From: a virus
Virus record (IMG/VR): IMGVR_UViG_3300017589_000061
Location: 64,001 to 128,000 of that record
DNA: 64,000 nucleotides
Direction: 5' to 3' (one strand)
In this document: piece after piece, positions 10,207 through 20,947 of the stretch
Position numbering within the stretch: the stretch's first letter is position 1
How the letters are laid out: each line of letters begins with the position of its first letter
The notes under the pieces: model-generated
Told to the model about the DNA's origin: nothing
The model's input: the letters and a program-made list of their open reading frames with translations, nothing else
The model's database searches: none
Made by a program: the position numbers and the translations under genes

Positions 10207-10479
10207 GTGAAAATGGATATATTAGAAAGTAAAGACGTAATTACAAAAAAAGAACATAATTGTTTTGGTTGTGGGAGAAAATTCCCAAAAGGATCAAAGT
10301 TAAATTTCACAAAATCAGTCGATGGTGGAGAATTTGCAAGTGCTTATTGGTGTAAAACTTGTCAAGAATATTGGGAAAAAAATATGTCATATGACGATGA
10401 AATAGGCTATGGGGAATTAAAATCAGAAGATTTTAGAGTATGGGAAATAATCAGAAAGGAAGTTGAAGTAAATGAATAA
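10207..10479 (+). CDS. Zn-ribbon hypothetical protein
   Basis: HNCFGCG...WCKTC. Confidence 0.7.
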   Translation: MKMDILESKDVITKKEHNCFGCGRKFPKGSKLNFTKSVDGGEFASAYWCKTCQEYWEKNMSYDDEIGYGELKSEDFRVWEIIRKEVEVNE

Positions 10480-10643
10480 ATTCGAACACTTCACAGATGA
10501 TGAATTATACATATTGAAACGTCAAGCAATAGAATCATCTTGGGAAATTTGTGGATGTGGAGCATATAACGAATTTGAAGTTAGATTACATGAAAAGTTA
10601 ATGAATGAAATTGCAGATGAAGTTAAAACGAGAGGGTGTTAGA

Positions 10644-10958
10644 ATGTTAAAAGTAAAAGATTCAGTAGGTGGAATTTACAAGAGAACTAAAGATGGGAAA
10701 GAAGAATGGTATCTACTTGAAGATACAATTAACAAAATTGTTGAAAATGGGAAAGGTAGAAAATATTATACAAAGTCAAAATTTGTTCCTTTAGACGCAG
10801 ATGATATTGACGATAATACAGAAATTTTGGAAAATGCCAAAGGATATATTATTACAAGAGAAGTATTCGGGTTGAATGATATTACTCGACCTAAAGCGGA
10901 AAATTGGGTTGAATGGGCGAATGAAAATATGGATAAAGCAGTAAGTGTTTTTGAATAG
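10644..10958 (+). CDS. Hypothetical protein
   Basis: GAGGGTG RBS before ATG 10644. Confidence 0.65.
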   Translation: MLKVKDSVGGIYKRTKDGKEEWYLLEDTINKIVENGKGRKYYTKSKFVPLDADDIDDNTEILENAKGYIITREVFGLNDITRPKAENWVEWANENMDKAVSVFE

Positions 10959-11276
10959 GGTGATAAATTCGTTGTTTTATTAGAAGCATGATGTTGAAAT
11001 TACAACGTTTATGGGAGGTGAAAAAATGAAAAATAAAGATAATACAATATATAAAGTATACATAATTGAAAACGTCACAATTTTAATTTTAGCAGGGTTT
11101 TTATGTTATATATTCAAGAGCTTATGGGGATTGTTACCCTTAGTATGTTTAAATACAGGTGTTAAAACAAGAAGTAATGATGATGAAGAATAGAAGAAGT
11201 AATTTAAACGAAACAAGGCTAAATTTAAAAATGACCGCATTTGATTTAAAAATATGAATAATAAAAGGGGAGTAAA

Positions 11277-11600
11277 ATGGATAACCAATTTACAAATAGT
11301 ATAACAAAAAAATTAATAGAAATACACAAAGAAGAGCAGAGGGATTTTCTTACTGGCGAAAAAGATTTATTAGTTCCAAAAAATGAATTTATAGATAAGA
11401 TAATGAAATATGAAAATGGAGAAAGTTATCTTGAAGTAATTTCTATGGAAAATTCTATTTTTGAAAGACAAGGGTTGGTTCATGGTTTTTCAGATGAAAA
11501 TTGGGATACATATTTTAAAATACCTAATTGGGATAATTTTATGAGTGGAGTATATGCATTTTATATAGCTTGTTATGCTGATGAAGATGAAGAAGAATAA
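11277..11600 (+). CDS. Hypothetical protein
   Basis: GGGAG RBS. Confidence 0.7.
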   Translation: MDNQFTNSITKKLIEIHKEEQRDFLTGEKDLLVPKNEFIDKIMKYENGESYLEVISMENSIFERQGLVHGFSDENWDTYFKIPNWDNFMSGVYAFYIACYADEDEEE

Positions 11601-11643
11601 ATTAAAATAAAAGGTGTGTTTTAATATAAAAGGAGATTAAATT

Positions 11644-11841
11644 ATGTTGACAGTTAGGGAAGCATCAATTATATCAGCATATACAGGGGTTTTAATTGGC
11701 GAATTTAGTGACATGTGTAAATATATCGAAGAGAAGTTAGATAGACCAGTTTTTACTCATGAATTAGGAAATAGTGACGTGTGGGAAGAATTAAAAGCAG
11801 TTTGTAAGGAAGATTTTATAAATATTCCAATAGAAAAATAG
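11644..11841 (+). CDS. Hypothetical protein
   Basis: AGGAG RBS. Confidence 0.7.
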   Translation: MLTVREASIISAYTGVLIGEFSDMCKYIEEKLDRPVFTHELGNSDVWEELKAVCKEDFINIPIEK

Positions 11842-11863
11842 ATAAATTAAAAGGGGTGTAAAA

Positions 11864-12091
11864 ATGCTTTTAGATAAAGAAGATAGATTTTTATTAGTTG
11901 ATGAAGATGGTAATGTAGTTATTGTAACAGAAATAGAAACGAATCATTTATTGACAATGAATTCATCTATGCCAGTAAGAGGTAAATTAATAAGATTAGA
12001 TTATGAAGATTTAAATGTTGATAGTATTGAAGATGTAGAAGTACAATTAAGTTTTTATATAGAAAATATTGAAAATATTACAAAAAGATAA
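11864..12091 (+). CDS. Hypothetical protein
   Basis: GGGGTG RBS. Confidence 0.7.
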   Translation: MLLDKEDRFLLVDEDGNVVIVTEIETNHLLTMNSSMPVRGKLIRLDYEDLNVDSIEDVEVQLSFYIENIENITKR

Positions 12092-12157
12092 AAGAACTCT
12101 TTTATTACTTATAGTGAAGATTTAGATATTGAAATTTCAATAAAAAAGGAGAATTAA

Positions 12158-12511
12158 ATGATAATAGAAAATGCTTTAATAATGAATATTATGAAAACTG
12201 AAAATGGGCTAGATATAACAAAAGAAATGGTTGAAAATTCCTTAGAGAGTTTTATAAATGCTCCGATAGTTTATAATGAAATGGGTACGTTTAAAGACTA
12301 TAAGGATGAGTCATTTAAAGATTATTTTAAAAAGAATATAGTTATTGGTATGGTATTAAAAAATGTAAATATTGCAAATGATGAAGTTAGAGCTAATATT
12401 TTAATATATGACGGATGTATAAATCTTTGGGCAGATAAATATGATAATTGGTGCATTAAATTAGCTGAAGATAAGAAAAGTTTTACCGTTGATTCAATAG
12501 AAGTATTTTAA
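12158..12511 (+). CDS. Hypothetical protein
   Basis: RBS; bounded by sites 12088 and 12512. Confidence 0.7.
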   Translation: MIIENALIMNIMKTENGLDITKEMVENSLESFINAPIVYNEMGTFKDYKDESFKDYFKKNIVIGMVLKNVNIANDEVRANILIYDGCINLWADKYDNWCIKLAEDKKSFTVDSIEVF

Positions 12512-12527
12512 ATAGAAAGTATATTTT

Positions 12528-12947
12528 ATGGGAGACAAAAATATGGATATGTATACTAAATGTAATAATTGTAAAAAAGAATTAAATATTGAAGATGCAA
12601 AAAAGCAAATTGTAAATAATGGGATTTGGATGAATGAAAAGATAATTTGTAAAGATTGTTATGAAAAAGAAATAAAAAAGTTAATACAACAGTTATGTAA
12701 AACCTATAATTTAAAATATGAAAACTGTTTTACTGAAATAAAAAATAATCATTTGCTGATAAAAACAGAATTAGGTGAAATTAACAAAGAATATTACGGT
12801 ACAGATACTTATTATTTTGTAATAGACACTTATAATAATATTAGATGGATACAAAAAGATGATATAGAATTTAATTTACATAATGAAAATAATAATGCTA
12901 TTGAAAGAATGATTGAATTAATAAAATTTATGTGTGATAAATATTGA
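12528..12947 (+). CDS. Zn-finger hypothetical protein
   Basis: CNNC...CKDC. Confidence 0.7.
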   Translation: MGDKNMDMYTKCNNCKKELNIEDAKKQIVNNGIWMNEKIICKDCYEKEIKKLIQQLCKTYNLKYENCFTEIKNNHLLIKTELGEINKEYYGTDTYYFVIDTYNNIRWIQKDDIEFNLHNENNNAIERMIELIKFMCDKY

Positions 12948-13193
12948 AATTTCAACGTTTAAAATTGTAAAGATTATGATAAAATGAGATTTTTATCGGG
13001 AGGGCGAAAATCATGAGTGATACTCATCTTAATGGTAAATATATTAAAAGTATTGATAGAATTGATGACAAAACAATTCACATCAATCTAAAAAATGGAA
13101 AAATTGTAGTGATAAGAGCTACAATGTGTGATTATGATGATTGTGAATTGATTATTAGAAGATAAAATTCAGACTTTATCAGGAGGTTAAAAA

Positions 13194-13508
13194 GTGAATG
13201 CAAATGTAAATGACATTGAAACAGCAATAAGCGAAGTAAAATATCATATGAATGGAAAGTCAGAAATTAGTCCAAAATCTTATAAAATTATTATTGAAGC
13301 TTTAGGGATACAAGTACCTGAACACCCAAGATATAATCATAGTTATGAATATGCTGACATAGATGGGAATAGGGGTATTTGGGTGGATTTTATACATTGT
13401 CCTAATTGCGGGTATGATTTATGTGATGAAGAAGAACCTGAACGTTGTCCAGAATGCGAGCAATTATTGGACTGGGGACTTCCTGAAGAAGATTACTGGG
13501 AGTATTAA
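13194..13508 (+). CDS. Zn-ribbon protein
   Basis: CPNCG...CPECEQLLDW. Confidence 0.7.
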   Translation: MNANVNDIETAISEVKYHMNGKSEISPKSYKIIIEALGIQVPEHPRYNHSYEYADIDGNRGIWVDFIHCPNCGYDLCDEEEPERCPECEQLLDWGLPEEDYWEY

Positions 13509-13518
13509 GAGGTGGAAT

Positions 13519-13869
13519 ATGGAATTAAATAAACATGGTGTAAATGCTTGCATAAAAGCACACTTATTGCCAGATACAGAAATGAGAAAAATAGGATTTA
13601 CAGATTACAGAGAAGGGTATTGGTATTTTTGCAGAGATTTAGGGTATGAGATATCTTTTAATGTTACTATAAACAAGAATGACGTTGAAGATTTATGCAT
13701 TGATGTTTTGGATGAAGATTTTGGTCAGCCATATGATTATCAAAAATATTTAAAAAACATTCCAGAAAATGAATTTGTGCTTAAAATAAAAGATAAAGTT
13801 GAACATTGGATGGAATATTTACAGACAAATGGTGTGTTGAGTGGACACATTAAAGGCGAGTATATTTAA
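13519..13869 (+). CDS. Hypothetical protein
   Basis: GAGGTG RBS before ATG 13519. Confidence 0.65.
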   Translation: MELNKHGVNACIKAHLLPDTEMRKIGFTDYREGYWYFCRDLGYEISFNVTINKNDVEDLCIDVLDEDFGQPYDYQKYLKNIPENEFVLKIKDKVEHWMEYLQTNGVLSGHIKGEYI

Positions 13870-13904
13870 GATAGAATCAAAAATTTATAAGGAGGTAGAA
13901 ATAA

Positions 13905-14246
13905 ATGGAAATTAAACAATTAATAAATTATTGCGATATGCAAATAAAGCGTTATGAGGACAATATTGAAACACTAAGATTATCGGCTAATCCTACATAT
14001 GATTGGAATAAACATAATATATTTATAGATAAAATACAAAAATACAAAGATTTAAAACAAATTTGTAAAAAACAAATACCTCAAAACCCAATTACATTAA
14101 AGTATCAACCACTTATAGATTATGGTTGGGAACATAGTTGTCCAACGTGTAATTGTGCAGCAGGCATTAATAGTCATGGATATGATTTTACGCAAGAAGA
14201 TAACTATTGTCCTAATTGTGGTCAAAAATTAGATTGGGGAAGATAA
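13905..14246 (+). CDS. Zn-ribbon protein
   Basis: KQIP...CPTC...YCPNCGQKLDW. Confidence 0.7.
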   Translation: MEIKQLINYCDMQIKRYEDNIETLRLSANPTYDWNKHNIFIDKIQKYKDLKQICKKQIPQNPITLKYQPLIDYGWEHSCPTCNCAAGINSHGYDFTQEDNYCPNCGQKLDWGR

Positions 14247-14510
14247 TTAAAATCGAAGTTTTAATAGGAGGGAATATGAAAGAATTATTTATGCAAATTG
14301 AAATTTATGAAGCTAAATTAAATAGAACAACTTGTTTTGATAACATTGTAAATATGAAGGTTTTAAATAACAATTTAATTATAAAAGATGAAAATGGCTG
14401 GTCAACAAATATTGAAATTAATGAAGGTATCGAAGTTAAAGTTAATTTTTATAATTTAGATGATGATGAATTTGAAATTTAATTAATAGTAGAATTATAT
14501 TAAAAAAGAA

Positions 14511-14539
14511 TTGACAATTCACAAAACAAAGAATATAAT
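14511..14539 (+). promoter_or_regulatory. sigmaA consensus promoter
   Basis: TTGACA-17-TATAAT. Confidence 0.8.
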
Positions 14540-14559
14540 ATTACAAAAGGGGTGAAGTA

Positions 14560-14967
14560 ATGGAAATAAAATTAAATGATGTTTATAAATTTAGGTATCA
14601 CGAAGAAGTACGGAATAAAAAAGCGTTTGATTCTTATTGGTGTTTTGATGGTAAATTAATTGTAAAAGAAAATAAAGACGGTTTATATTTACAAGATACG
14701 TACTTGAATAGTGGTGATGATAGACGCTTTACATTAAATGAAGCTCTAAAGCAAGGAATACTCACTTTTATATGTAATTTAGATGATGTTGAAGAAATAG
14801 GGGAATATAATATTCAATATTACAATGATGAAGATGTATTTGATTTATCAACTCAAAAAGGGTGTCGTAAAAAATATTGTATTAAAAAGGGAACAAAACG
14901 TTCAGCAGAAAAAATGAAGAGTGTGTTGAATGAGAAAATTGAAGATTCGGAACGTAAAATAGAATAG
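14560..14967 (+). CDS. Hypothetical protein, possibly truncated by an internal TAG (frame open to 15042)
   Basis: Frame continues LTSDIKRYKEKLQEVENGNLDIYI* after TAG. Confidence 0.65.
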   Translation: MEIKLNDVYKFRYHEEVRNKKAFDSYWCFDGKLIVKENKDGLYLQDTYLNSGDDRRFTLNEALKQGILTFICNLDDVEEIGEYNIQYYNDEDVFDLSTQKGCRKKYCIKKGTKRSAEKMKSVLNEKIEDSERKIE

Positions 14968-15363
14968 TTAACTTCTGATATAAAAAGATATAAAGAAAAG
15001 TTACAAGAAGTAGAAAACGGGAATTTAGATATTTATATTTAAGGTTATATTTATAAAAGGAGTGAAAAGTGAAATAATGACTAGACATAAGTATATGAAG
15101 GTAATAAAACATATTAAAAGATTATTTTGTTATCACAAATGGGATATAGTAGGAAATCCTTATTTGTGGGATTATGGTAAAACTAAAAGAGCAAGTGTCA
15201 GATGTATAAAGTGCAATAAATTATCAGATATTGACATCTTTGATACGCCTAAAAGAAGATTATATTAAAAAGATAAAATAACGGTTTTATCCGAATTATA
15301 GGTCGAAAAAACGTTGAAATTTCAATGGTTATGGAATGTATAAAATTTAAAAAGGAGTAATAA

Positions 15364-16056
15364 ATGTTAGGATTAAATAAATTATATCAAGGTGACACAT
15401 TAAAACTAATAAAACAAATTGACAGTGAAAGTATTGACTTAATAGTAACTGATCCACCATATCCAACAACCAAAAGAGGTATAAGTAAGAATACAACAAC
15501 TGGGGGAATGATGGTAAGCGAATTAGGTAAGCAAGGGAAAATGTTTGAACATAATAATATAAGTCCCAAAGAATACATACCAGAGTTTTACAGAGTTTTA
15601 AAAGAAAATTCACATTTTTATATTATGACAAATCATGTAAATTTACAAGAGATGTTGAATGTTTGTACTGAAAATGGATTTCACTTTATTAAGTCTTTAA
15701 TTTGGAAAAAAGATAATAAAATTATGGGGCAGTGGTATATGTCACAATTTGAATATATATTATTTTTTAGAAAAGGAAAAGCAAAAAGAATTAATAAATG
15801 TGGAACTTCAGATGTACTAGAAGTTGCTAATAAGAAAACTAAAAGTGAGGATGGTAAAAATCTGCACGATACAGAAAAACCTATTGAGTTAATGCAAATA
15901 TTAATAGAAAATTCGAGTCAAGAAAATGACATACTTTTAGAGCCGTTTGCTGGAATTGGTGCAACGTTAATCGCATGCAAAAATTGCAATAGGCAATACA
16001 TAGGTTTTGAAATTGATGAAAGTTATTATAATATAGCGTTTCAAAGATTAAATTAA
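15364..16056 (+). CDS. N4-C/N6-A DNA methyltransferase (beta order)
   Basis: TDPPY catalytic motif, HDTEKP, LEPFAGIG SAM motif. Confidence 0.9.
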   Translation: MLGLNKLYQGDTLKLIKQIDSESIDLIVTDPPYPTTKRGISKNTTTGGMMVSELGKQGKMFEHNNISPKEYIPEFYRVLKENSHFYIMTNHVNLQEMLNVCTENGFHFIKSLIWKKDNKIMGQWYMSQFEYILFFRKGKAKRINKCGTSDVLEVANKKTKSEDGKNLHDTEKPIELMQILIENSSQENDILLEPFAGIGATLIACKNCNRQYIGFEIDESYYNIAFQRLN

Positions 16057-16079
16057 AAATATAAATAAAAGGATAAAAT

Positions 16080-16301
16080 ATGGCAAAATTAAAAAATGAT
16101 TGGAGCAACGCATTTAGAGGTAGTTTTGAAACCGAAGAAGATGTGATTGAATTTATTTTTAAAAATTTAGATACAAAAAATTGGGAAGATAGTTATATAG
16201 ATATGGGTGGATATGGCGAACCTAACGAATGTTTCAAACAAACAGTTGGAGATAAGAAGAATTTATTGTATGAGTTTATAATGAGTTTAATAAAACCATA
16301 A
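16080..16301 (+). CDS. Hypothetical protein
   Basis: ORF with RBS. Confidence 0.65.
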   Translation: MAKLKNDWSNAFRGSFETEEDVIEFIFKNLDTKNWEDSYIDMGGYGEPNECFKQTVGDKKNLLYEFIMSLIKP

Positions 16302-16318
16302 AAGGAATCTTTTAAGAG

Positions 16319-16690
16319 GTGAATAATATGAGTATAGGATTTAACTGGTTTAAAAGTTATAGAATTGATGAAATAGATTACGGTGAATATGTAGGTATTG
16401 AGTACAATTTGGAATATCTTGATGGATATTCAACTTCTCATAGTGCTGGGAATATTATAAAATTACAAAATATTTTTCAAAAATATTTTAATATAGAAAT
16501 TCCTACCATTGACACATATTGTATATATAGTAAAGAACAAGATTTAAAACTAATAGAACCTAAATGCATGTTTAAAATGTGTGATGAATTATTGAATAGT
16601 GGTAATGATTTACAGGGCATGGAAGATAGAATCGCATGGATTAAAGAATTATCAGCAGAGGGGTATTATGTTAGCTATGATAACACATAG
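16319..16690 (+). CDS. Hypothetical protein
   Basis: ORF with GAGGTG RBS. Confidence 0.7.
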   Translation: MNNMSIGFNWFKSYRIDEIDYGEYVGIEYNLEYLDGYSTSHSAGNIIKLQNIFQKYFNIEIPTIDTYCIYSKEQDLKLIEPKCMFKMCDELLNSGNDLQGMEDRIAWIKELSAEGYYVSYDNT

Positions 16691-16723
16691 ATACTATAAA
16701 AAATCATTTATTGGGAGGTAAAA

Positions 16724-17026
16724 ATGAATAAGATGATAATAAACCCGTCAATAAATTTAAACGAATTATGTTCTTGGTGGGACGACAATGGGAAAGAATT
16801 TAAAATAATAGATTCTTTTGGAGAAGAGTTTGTGACTATAAACAAAGAAACAAGAGAGGTTTATAATTATGGTTATAATGGAATGTTATCTGAATGGTAT
16901 AATGCAAGAATATTAATCGAAGATAATAATTTAGACACTACATTATGTTTTCCACATACTATAGGAAGAATTACATTTTATACGAGACAAGAATTAGAGA
17001 GTTGGGTATTAAGTAAACAAATGTAA
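16724..17026 (+). CDS. Hypothetical protein
   Basis: GGAGG RBS. Confidence 0.7.
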   Translation: MNKMIINPSINLNELCSWWDDNGKEFKIIDSFGEEFVTINKETREVYNYGYNGMLSEWYNARILIEDNNLDTTLCFPHTIGRITFYTRQELESWVLSKQM

Positions 17027-17049
17027 TTATATTAAAAAGGAGATATAAA

Positions 17050-17316
17050 ATGGATAAACAATTTCAAGTTGATAGAGAAATATTAATGTACGCAATGAGA
17101 TACGCATTAGGCAGAATGACATTTGCACCAATGACAGTAGTTGAAAATATTAAGCACAATATTGATTTATTTTCAGAAGGCGATTTGGAAATATTTATTA
17201 GAGATATTGAAGAACAAGAAAGCTATGGTAGGCAAGCGTTAGGAATGAATTGTGATGTAGAAACATGGTTAAGTTTTAAACAATATTTAAAAGATAGAAT
17301 ACAAAAGGAGTTGTAA
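17050..17316 (+). CDS. Hypothetical protein
   Basis: AGGAG RBS; YAMRYALGR motif. Confidence 0.7.
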   Translation: MDKQFQVDREILMYAMRYALGRMTFAPMTVVENIKHNIDLFSEGDLEIFIRDIEEQESYGRQALGMNCDVETWLSFKQYLKDRIQKEL

Positions 17317-17318
17317 AC

Positions 17319-17777
17319 ATGGAAAATTTAAGTATAAAAGAAGTAGCAGAATATGTTATTAAGAATCATCCAGAGTCTTGTATAGCATACAATGTAAAAG
17401 ATTATACAAATGAATACGAAGGAATATTAATAGATGAATTAGATAGTTTTTTTACATATGACATAATAGGGATATGTGGCTGTGGCGACCCTGATTTATG
17501 CAAAAAAGATATAAGAGATATTTTAAATATTATTTATGAATATGATAATTCAGAAGATGATTTTAGCAAAAAATATGAAGTAAAGCAAAATAGGTTATTA
17601 GATAGATTTGGATGTATGAGTGTTTATGATAATTCTTTGTTATTGTTTATGGTTTACATATTAGACAATGTGGGATTACTAGAACATGGAAGTGGTATTG
17701 GTGGTGCTTGGATAACAAATTTAGGCAATATGTGTAGAGTAGTATATAATAATTTAAAGCTTGATGAAGAAGATTAA
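17319..17777 (+). CDS. Hypothetical protein
   Basis: GICGCGDP and EHGSGIGGAW motifs. Confidence 0.7.
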   Translation: MENLSIKEVAEYVIKNHPESCIAYNVKDYTNEYEGILIDELDSFFTYDIIGICGCGDPDLCKKDIRDILNIIYEYDNSEDDFSKKYEVKQNRLLDRFGCMSVYDNSLLLFMVYILDNVGLLEHGSGIGGAWITNLGNMCRVVYNNLKLDEED

Positions 17778-17836
17778 AACATTGCTTTTATTAGGTTGAT
17801 AATAATTCAAAAATACTTTATAATATTTTAAAGGAT

Positions 17837-18109
17837 GTGATAAATTTGAATAAAAGTCATTTTGGTGAATGGAATAGACCTTTAAAATATAAAAGAATGG
17901 TCGAACGTGTAATAGCAGTACAATTATTTGATGTATGGAACACCCCACCAACAAAAGCATATGTTCATTATTATGATGCTGATAATGGTTTTGATATGAG
18001 TAATCCAATAAAAATATATCAAAGAAAAAATGGAACGTATTATGTACAATTTGAAGGGTATAGATTCGATATTGATGTTTTATTAGGAAATAAAGAACAA
18101 TTCATATAA
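17837..18109 (+). CDS. Hypothetical protein
   Basis: ORF. Confidence 0.55.
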   Translation: MINLNKSHFGEWNRPLKYKRMVERVIAVQLFDVWNTPPTKAYVHYYDADNGFDMSNPIKIYQRKNGTYYVQFEGYRFDIDVLLGNKEQFI

Positions 18110-18150
18110 TAATATTAACTTAATAAATAAATTAAAAAGGAAGTGGTGTA

Positions 18151-18624
18151 TTGTTAAACGATTCATTGTTTAGTAGTAAAGATCAAGCGTGGGAAACTCC
18201 ACAAGATTTATTTGATAAATTAAATTCAGTTTTTAATTTTAAAATAGATGTTTGTGCAGTTCCAGAAACAGCAAAATGTAATACATATTTTACACCAGAA
18301 ATAGATGGGTTAAAACAAGAATGGAAAGGTAATTGTTGGATGAATCCACCATATGGTAGAGAACAAATTAAATGGATTGAGAAAGCAAGTAATGAAAATG
18401 CAACAACAGTTTGTTTAATTCCTGCAAGACCTGATACAAAAGTATGGCATGAAACAATATTTAAAAAAGCCAAAGCTGTTTGTTTTATAAAAGGAAGATT
18501 AAAATTTGGTGGCAGTAAAGATTCAGCACCATTTCCAAGTGCCTTAATAGTATTCGGAAATGAATTGACAGATGATCAGAGAAAAGTATTAAATGAGTTG
18601 GGTAAATTATACATAGAAAATTAA
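18151..18624 (+). CDS. Phage N6-adenine DNA methyltransferase (Dam-like family)
   Basis: WETPQDLF, DVCA, DGLKQEW, WMNPPYGR, IPARPDT, GRLKF, APFPS. Confidence 0.9.
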   Translation: MLNDSLFSSKDQAWETPQDLFDKLNSVFNFKIDVCAVPETAKCNTYFTPEIDGLKQEWKGNCWMNPPYGREQIKWIEKASNENATTVCLIPARPDTKVWHETIFKKAKAVCFIKGRLKFGGSKDSAPFPSALIVFGNELTDDQRKVLNELGKLYIEN

Positions 18625-18705
18625 ATTAAAATGATAAAACCAAGATTTTATTATACAAAATCAAAAATTGAGCGTTGAAATTGCAACGAATTTAGGAGGT
18701 AAGAA

Positions 18706-19044
18706 ATGAATAAAATTGAAAATGCAATTATGAATTTAAAATCACTAGACAATCAAGCAGATTTATATGGTTTTCAAATAGATACTATAAATTTAGCAAT
18801 AGAAGCACTTGAAAGGCAATTAAATAATGGTTGGATTCCTACAAAACAAAGATTACCAAATATGAAAGAATGTCAAAAGAATGATTGTAGATTTATTGTT
18901 ACAGACGGAAATAGAGTTTATGGAGATAGTTTTGATTATCTTGCTGATGGATACATAGAACCAAAATGGGTTTATTCGTCAATGTGTGAACCGATAGCAT
19001 GGCAAGAGTTACCTGAAAGATATAAGGAGGTAAAAAATGAATAA
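18706..19044 (+). CDS. DUF551-like protein
   Basis: AIEALERQLNNGWIP..RLP...IAWQELPE. Confidence 0.7.
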   Translation: MNKIENAIMNLKSLDNQADLYGFQIDTINLAIEALERQLNNGWIPTKQRLPNMKECQKNDCRFIVTDGNRVYGDSFDYLADGYIEPKWVYSSMCEPIAWQELPERYKEVKNE

Positions 19045-19387
19045 TGTTGAGATTAAAAAAGCAATATATACAATAGAACATTTTCAAGAACTTATTGGCG
19101 ATTATGAAACCAGAGAACATATAGAGGATTTAATAGATTCAATAGATTTAGCAATTGAAGCACTTGAAAAACAATTAAATGGTGGTTGGATATTATGCAA
19201 TGAAAAATTACCAGATGATATACCACCAGATAATAATTTTGGTGTTGATTATTGGATTACATATTTAGATGAATATAATAATCCTGCGGTTGGAGTGTAT
19301 GAGTGGTTGTGGAATAGAAAATGGAATATAATACATAAAGTTATAGCTTGGCAACCATTACCAAAAGAATACAAAGAATTAAGTTAA
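19037..19387 (+). CDS. DUF551-like protein (tandem paralog)
   Basis: AIEALEKQLNGGWI..KLP...VIAWQPLP. Confidence 0.7.
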   Translation: MNNVEIKKAIYTIEHFQELIGDYETREHIEDLIDSIDLAIEALEKQLNGGWILCNEKLPDDIPPDNNFGVDYWITYLDEYNNPAVGVYEWLWNRKWNIIHKVIAWQPLPKEYKELS

Positions 19388-19667
19388 AATATAAAACGAG
19401 GCTTTATTGGGAGGTTAATAATATGTCAAAAGAAACAGCTATAAATGTTATTAAAGCATTTTTAAATGGTGGCATAAAGGCAGATGATAACGCATTTAAA
19501 GTAGCTTGTAAAATTGCAATAGAAGTAATGGAAGAAAGTCCCAAACAATCTATATTCTCAGATGACCTTATAAATCATCTGATAGATAAACATATTGCTG
19601 AAATTGTAAGTAATAATTAATAATAGAATCTATAATTTAATGATATTTAAAAAAGGGAGAAAATAAA

Positions 19668-20858
19668 ATGAATTATGAATTTGAAAAGAAAAAATTAAAA
19701 GCATACTTAGGAAGTAACATATATAATTCCTTAAAAGCAAGACAATGTATTATAGCTGGTGGTATGATAACAAGTTTATTTTGTAACAGAGAAATAAATG
19801 ATGTAGATGTTTATTTTAGGGATAATGATTCTTTAGAATGTTTTCTTAATGAAAATATAAGAAATAATACGTGGATATTAAGTAAAACAGATAAAGCTTT
19901 ATTAATTAATTGGAATAAATTAAAAATTCAGCTTATATATTTTGATACTTTTGACAACGTACAAGATTTATTTGAAACATTTGATTTTACTGCTTGCATG
20001 GGAGCTTATGATTTTAAGATTGAAGAGTTCGTATTGCATGAAGATTTTATAAAACATAATGCTCAAAGAATATTAAAATTTAATGCTAAAACAGCATATC
20101 CATTGGTTTCAGCTTTTAGACTTGATAAATATAAGTTAAAAGGTTATACAATAAGCAAAGACGAATTTATGAGGATCATGCTAACTTGCTCATTATTAAA
20201 TATTGATACATACGAACAATTCAAAGAACAAATAGGTGGAATGTACGGAATAAATTATGATAAATTTTTAAAGCCAAAAGAAGGCGAGAAATTCGATTTA
20301 TTAGATACCATAGAAAAAATGTCAACGCTGTGTTTGAATGATGAATATTTTAATGGAATAAATACTGATTTTGTAATTGATGATTTTAATATTCTAATAG
20401 CTGAAATTACAAAAAATAAGATAAAATATTTTGAATTCAAAGATAATTATTATATACATACATTTGACGGGATTTCACATATATCAATTTCAGAAATAGA
20501 GAAAAATGTAAATCTTTATGAAAAAGTAGATTTATTCGATAGCATAATAAAAGACGGTAAACTTTATAAATATGTTATGAAGAAAAATAATAAATATTAT
20601 AGCTTTTATGATACAGGTTTTGAATACAAAATAAGCAAAGATATTATTGCTCAAGAAACAAATAGTTTTAGTAATGCAGGAATTTATTGTGGTATGTATG
20701 ATGACAGATTAAGTTTTTCCTATTCATGTTATGATGATTCTGTATTGATAGAAATAGAAGTTAAAAGTGAAGATTTGATAGGAATTGATTATAATGGAAT
20801 GTTTAAATTTAAAAAGGCTAAATTTATCAGAAAAATGGAAAAGGATTCTATAAATTAA
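19668..20858 (+). CDS. Nucleotidyltransferase-fold protein
   Basis: IAGG-x-ITSL...DVDVYF and FDFTACM motifs of Pol-beta-type NTases. Confidence 0.65.
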   Translation: MNYEFEKKKLKAYLGSNIYNSLKARQCIIAGGMITSLFCNREINDVDVYFRDNDSLECFLNENIRNNTWILSKTDKALLINWNKLKIQLIYFDTFDNVQDLFETFDFTACMGAYDFKIEEFVLHEDFIKHNAQRILKFNAKTAYPLVSAFRLDKYKLKGYTISKDEFMRIMLTCSLLNIDTYEQFKEQIGGMYGINYDKFLKPKEGEKFDLLDTIEKMSTLCLNDEYFNGINTDFVIDDFNILIAEITKNKIKYFEFKDNYYIHTFDGISHISISEIEKNVNLYEKVDLFDSIIKDGKLYKYVMKKNNKYYSFYDTGFEYKISKDIIAQETNSFSNAGIYCGMYDDRLSFSYSCYDDSVLIEIEVKSEDLIGIDYNGMFKFKKAKFIRKMEKDSIN

Positions 20859-20947
20859 GTTAAAAATGTAAAGTACATAAAATTTACATTTTATCGTACA
20901 AAACAAGAAAATAAGTGTTGAAATTTCAACAAAAAAGGAGTAGTAAT

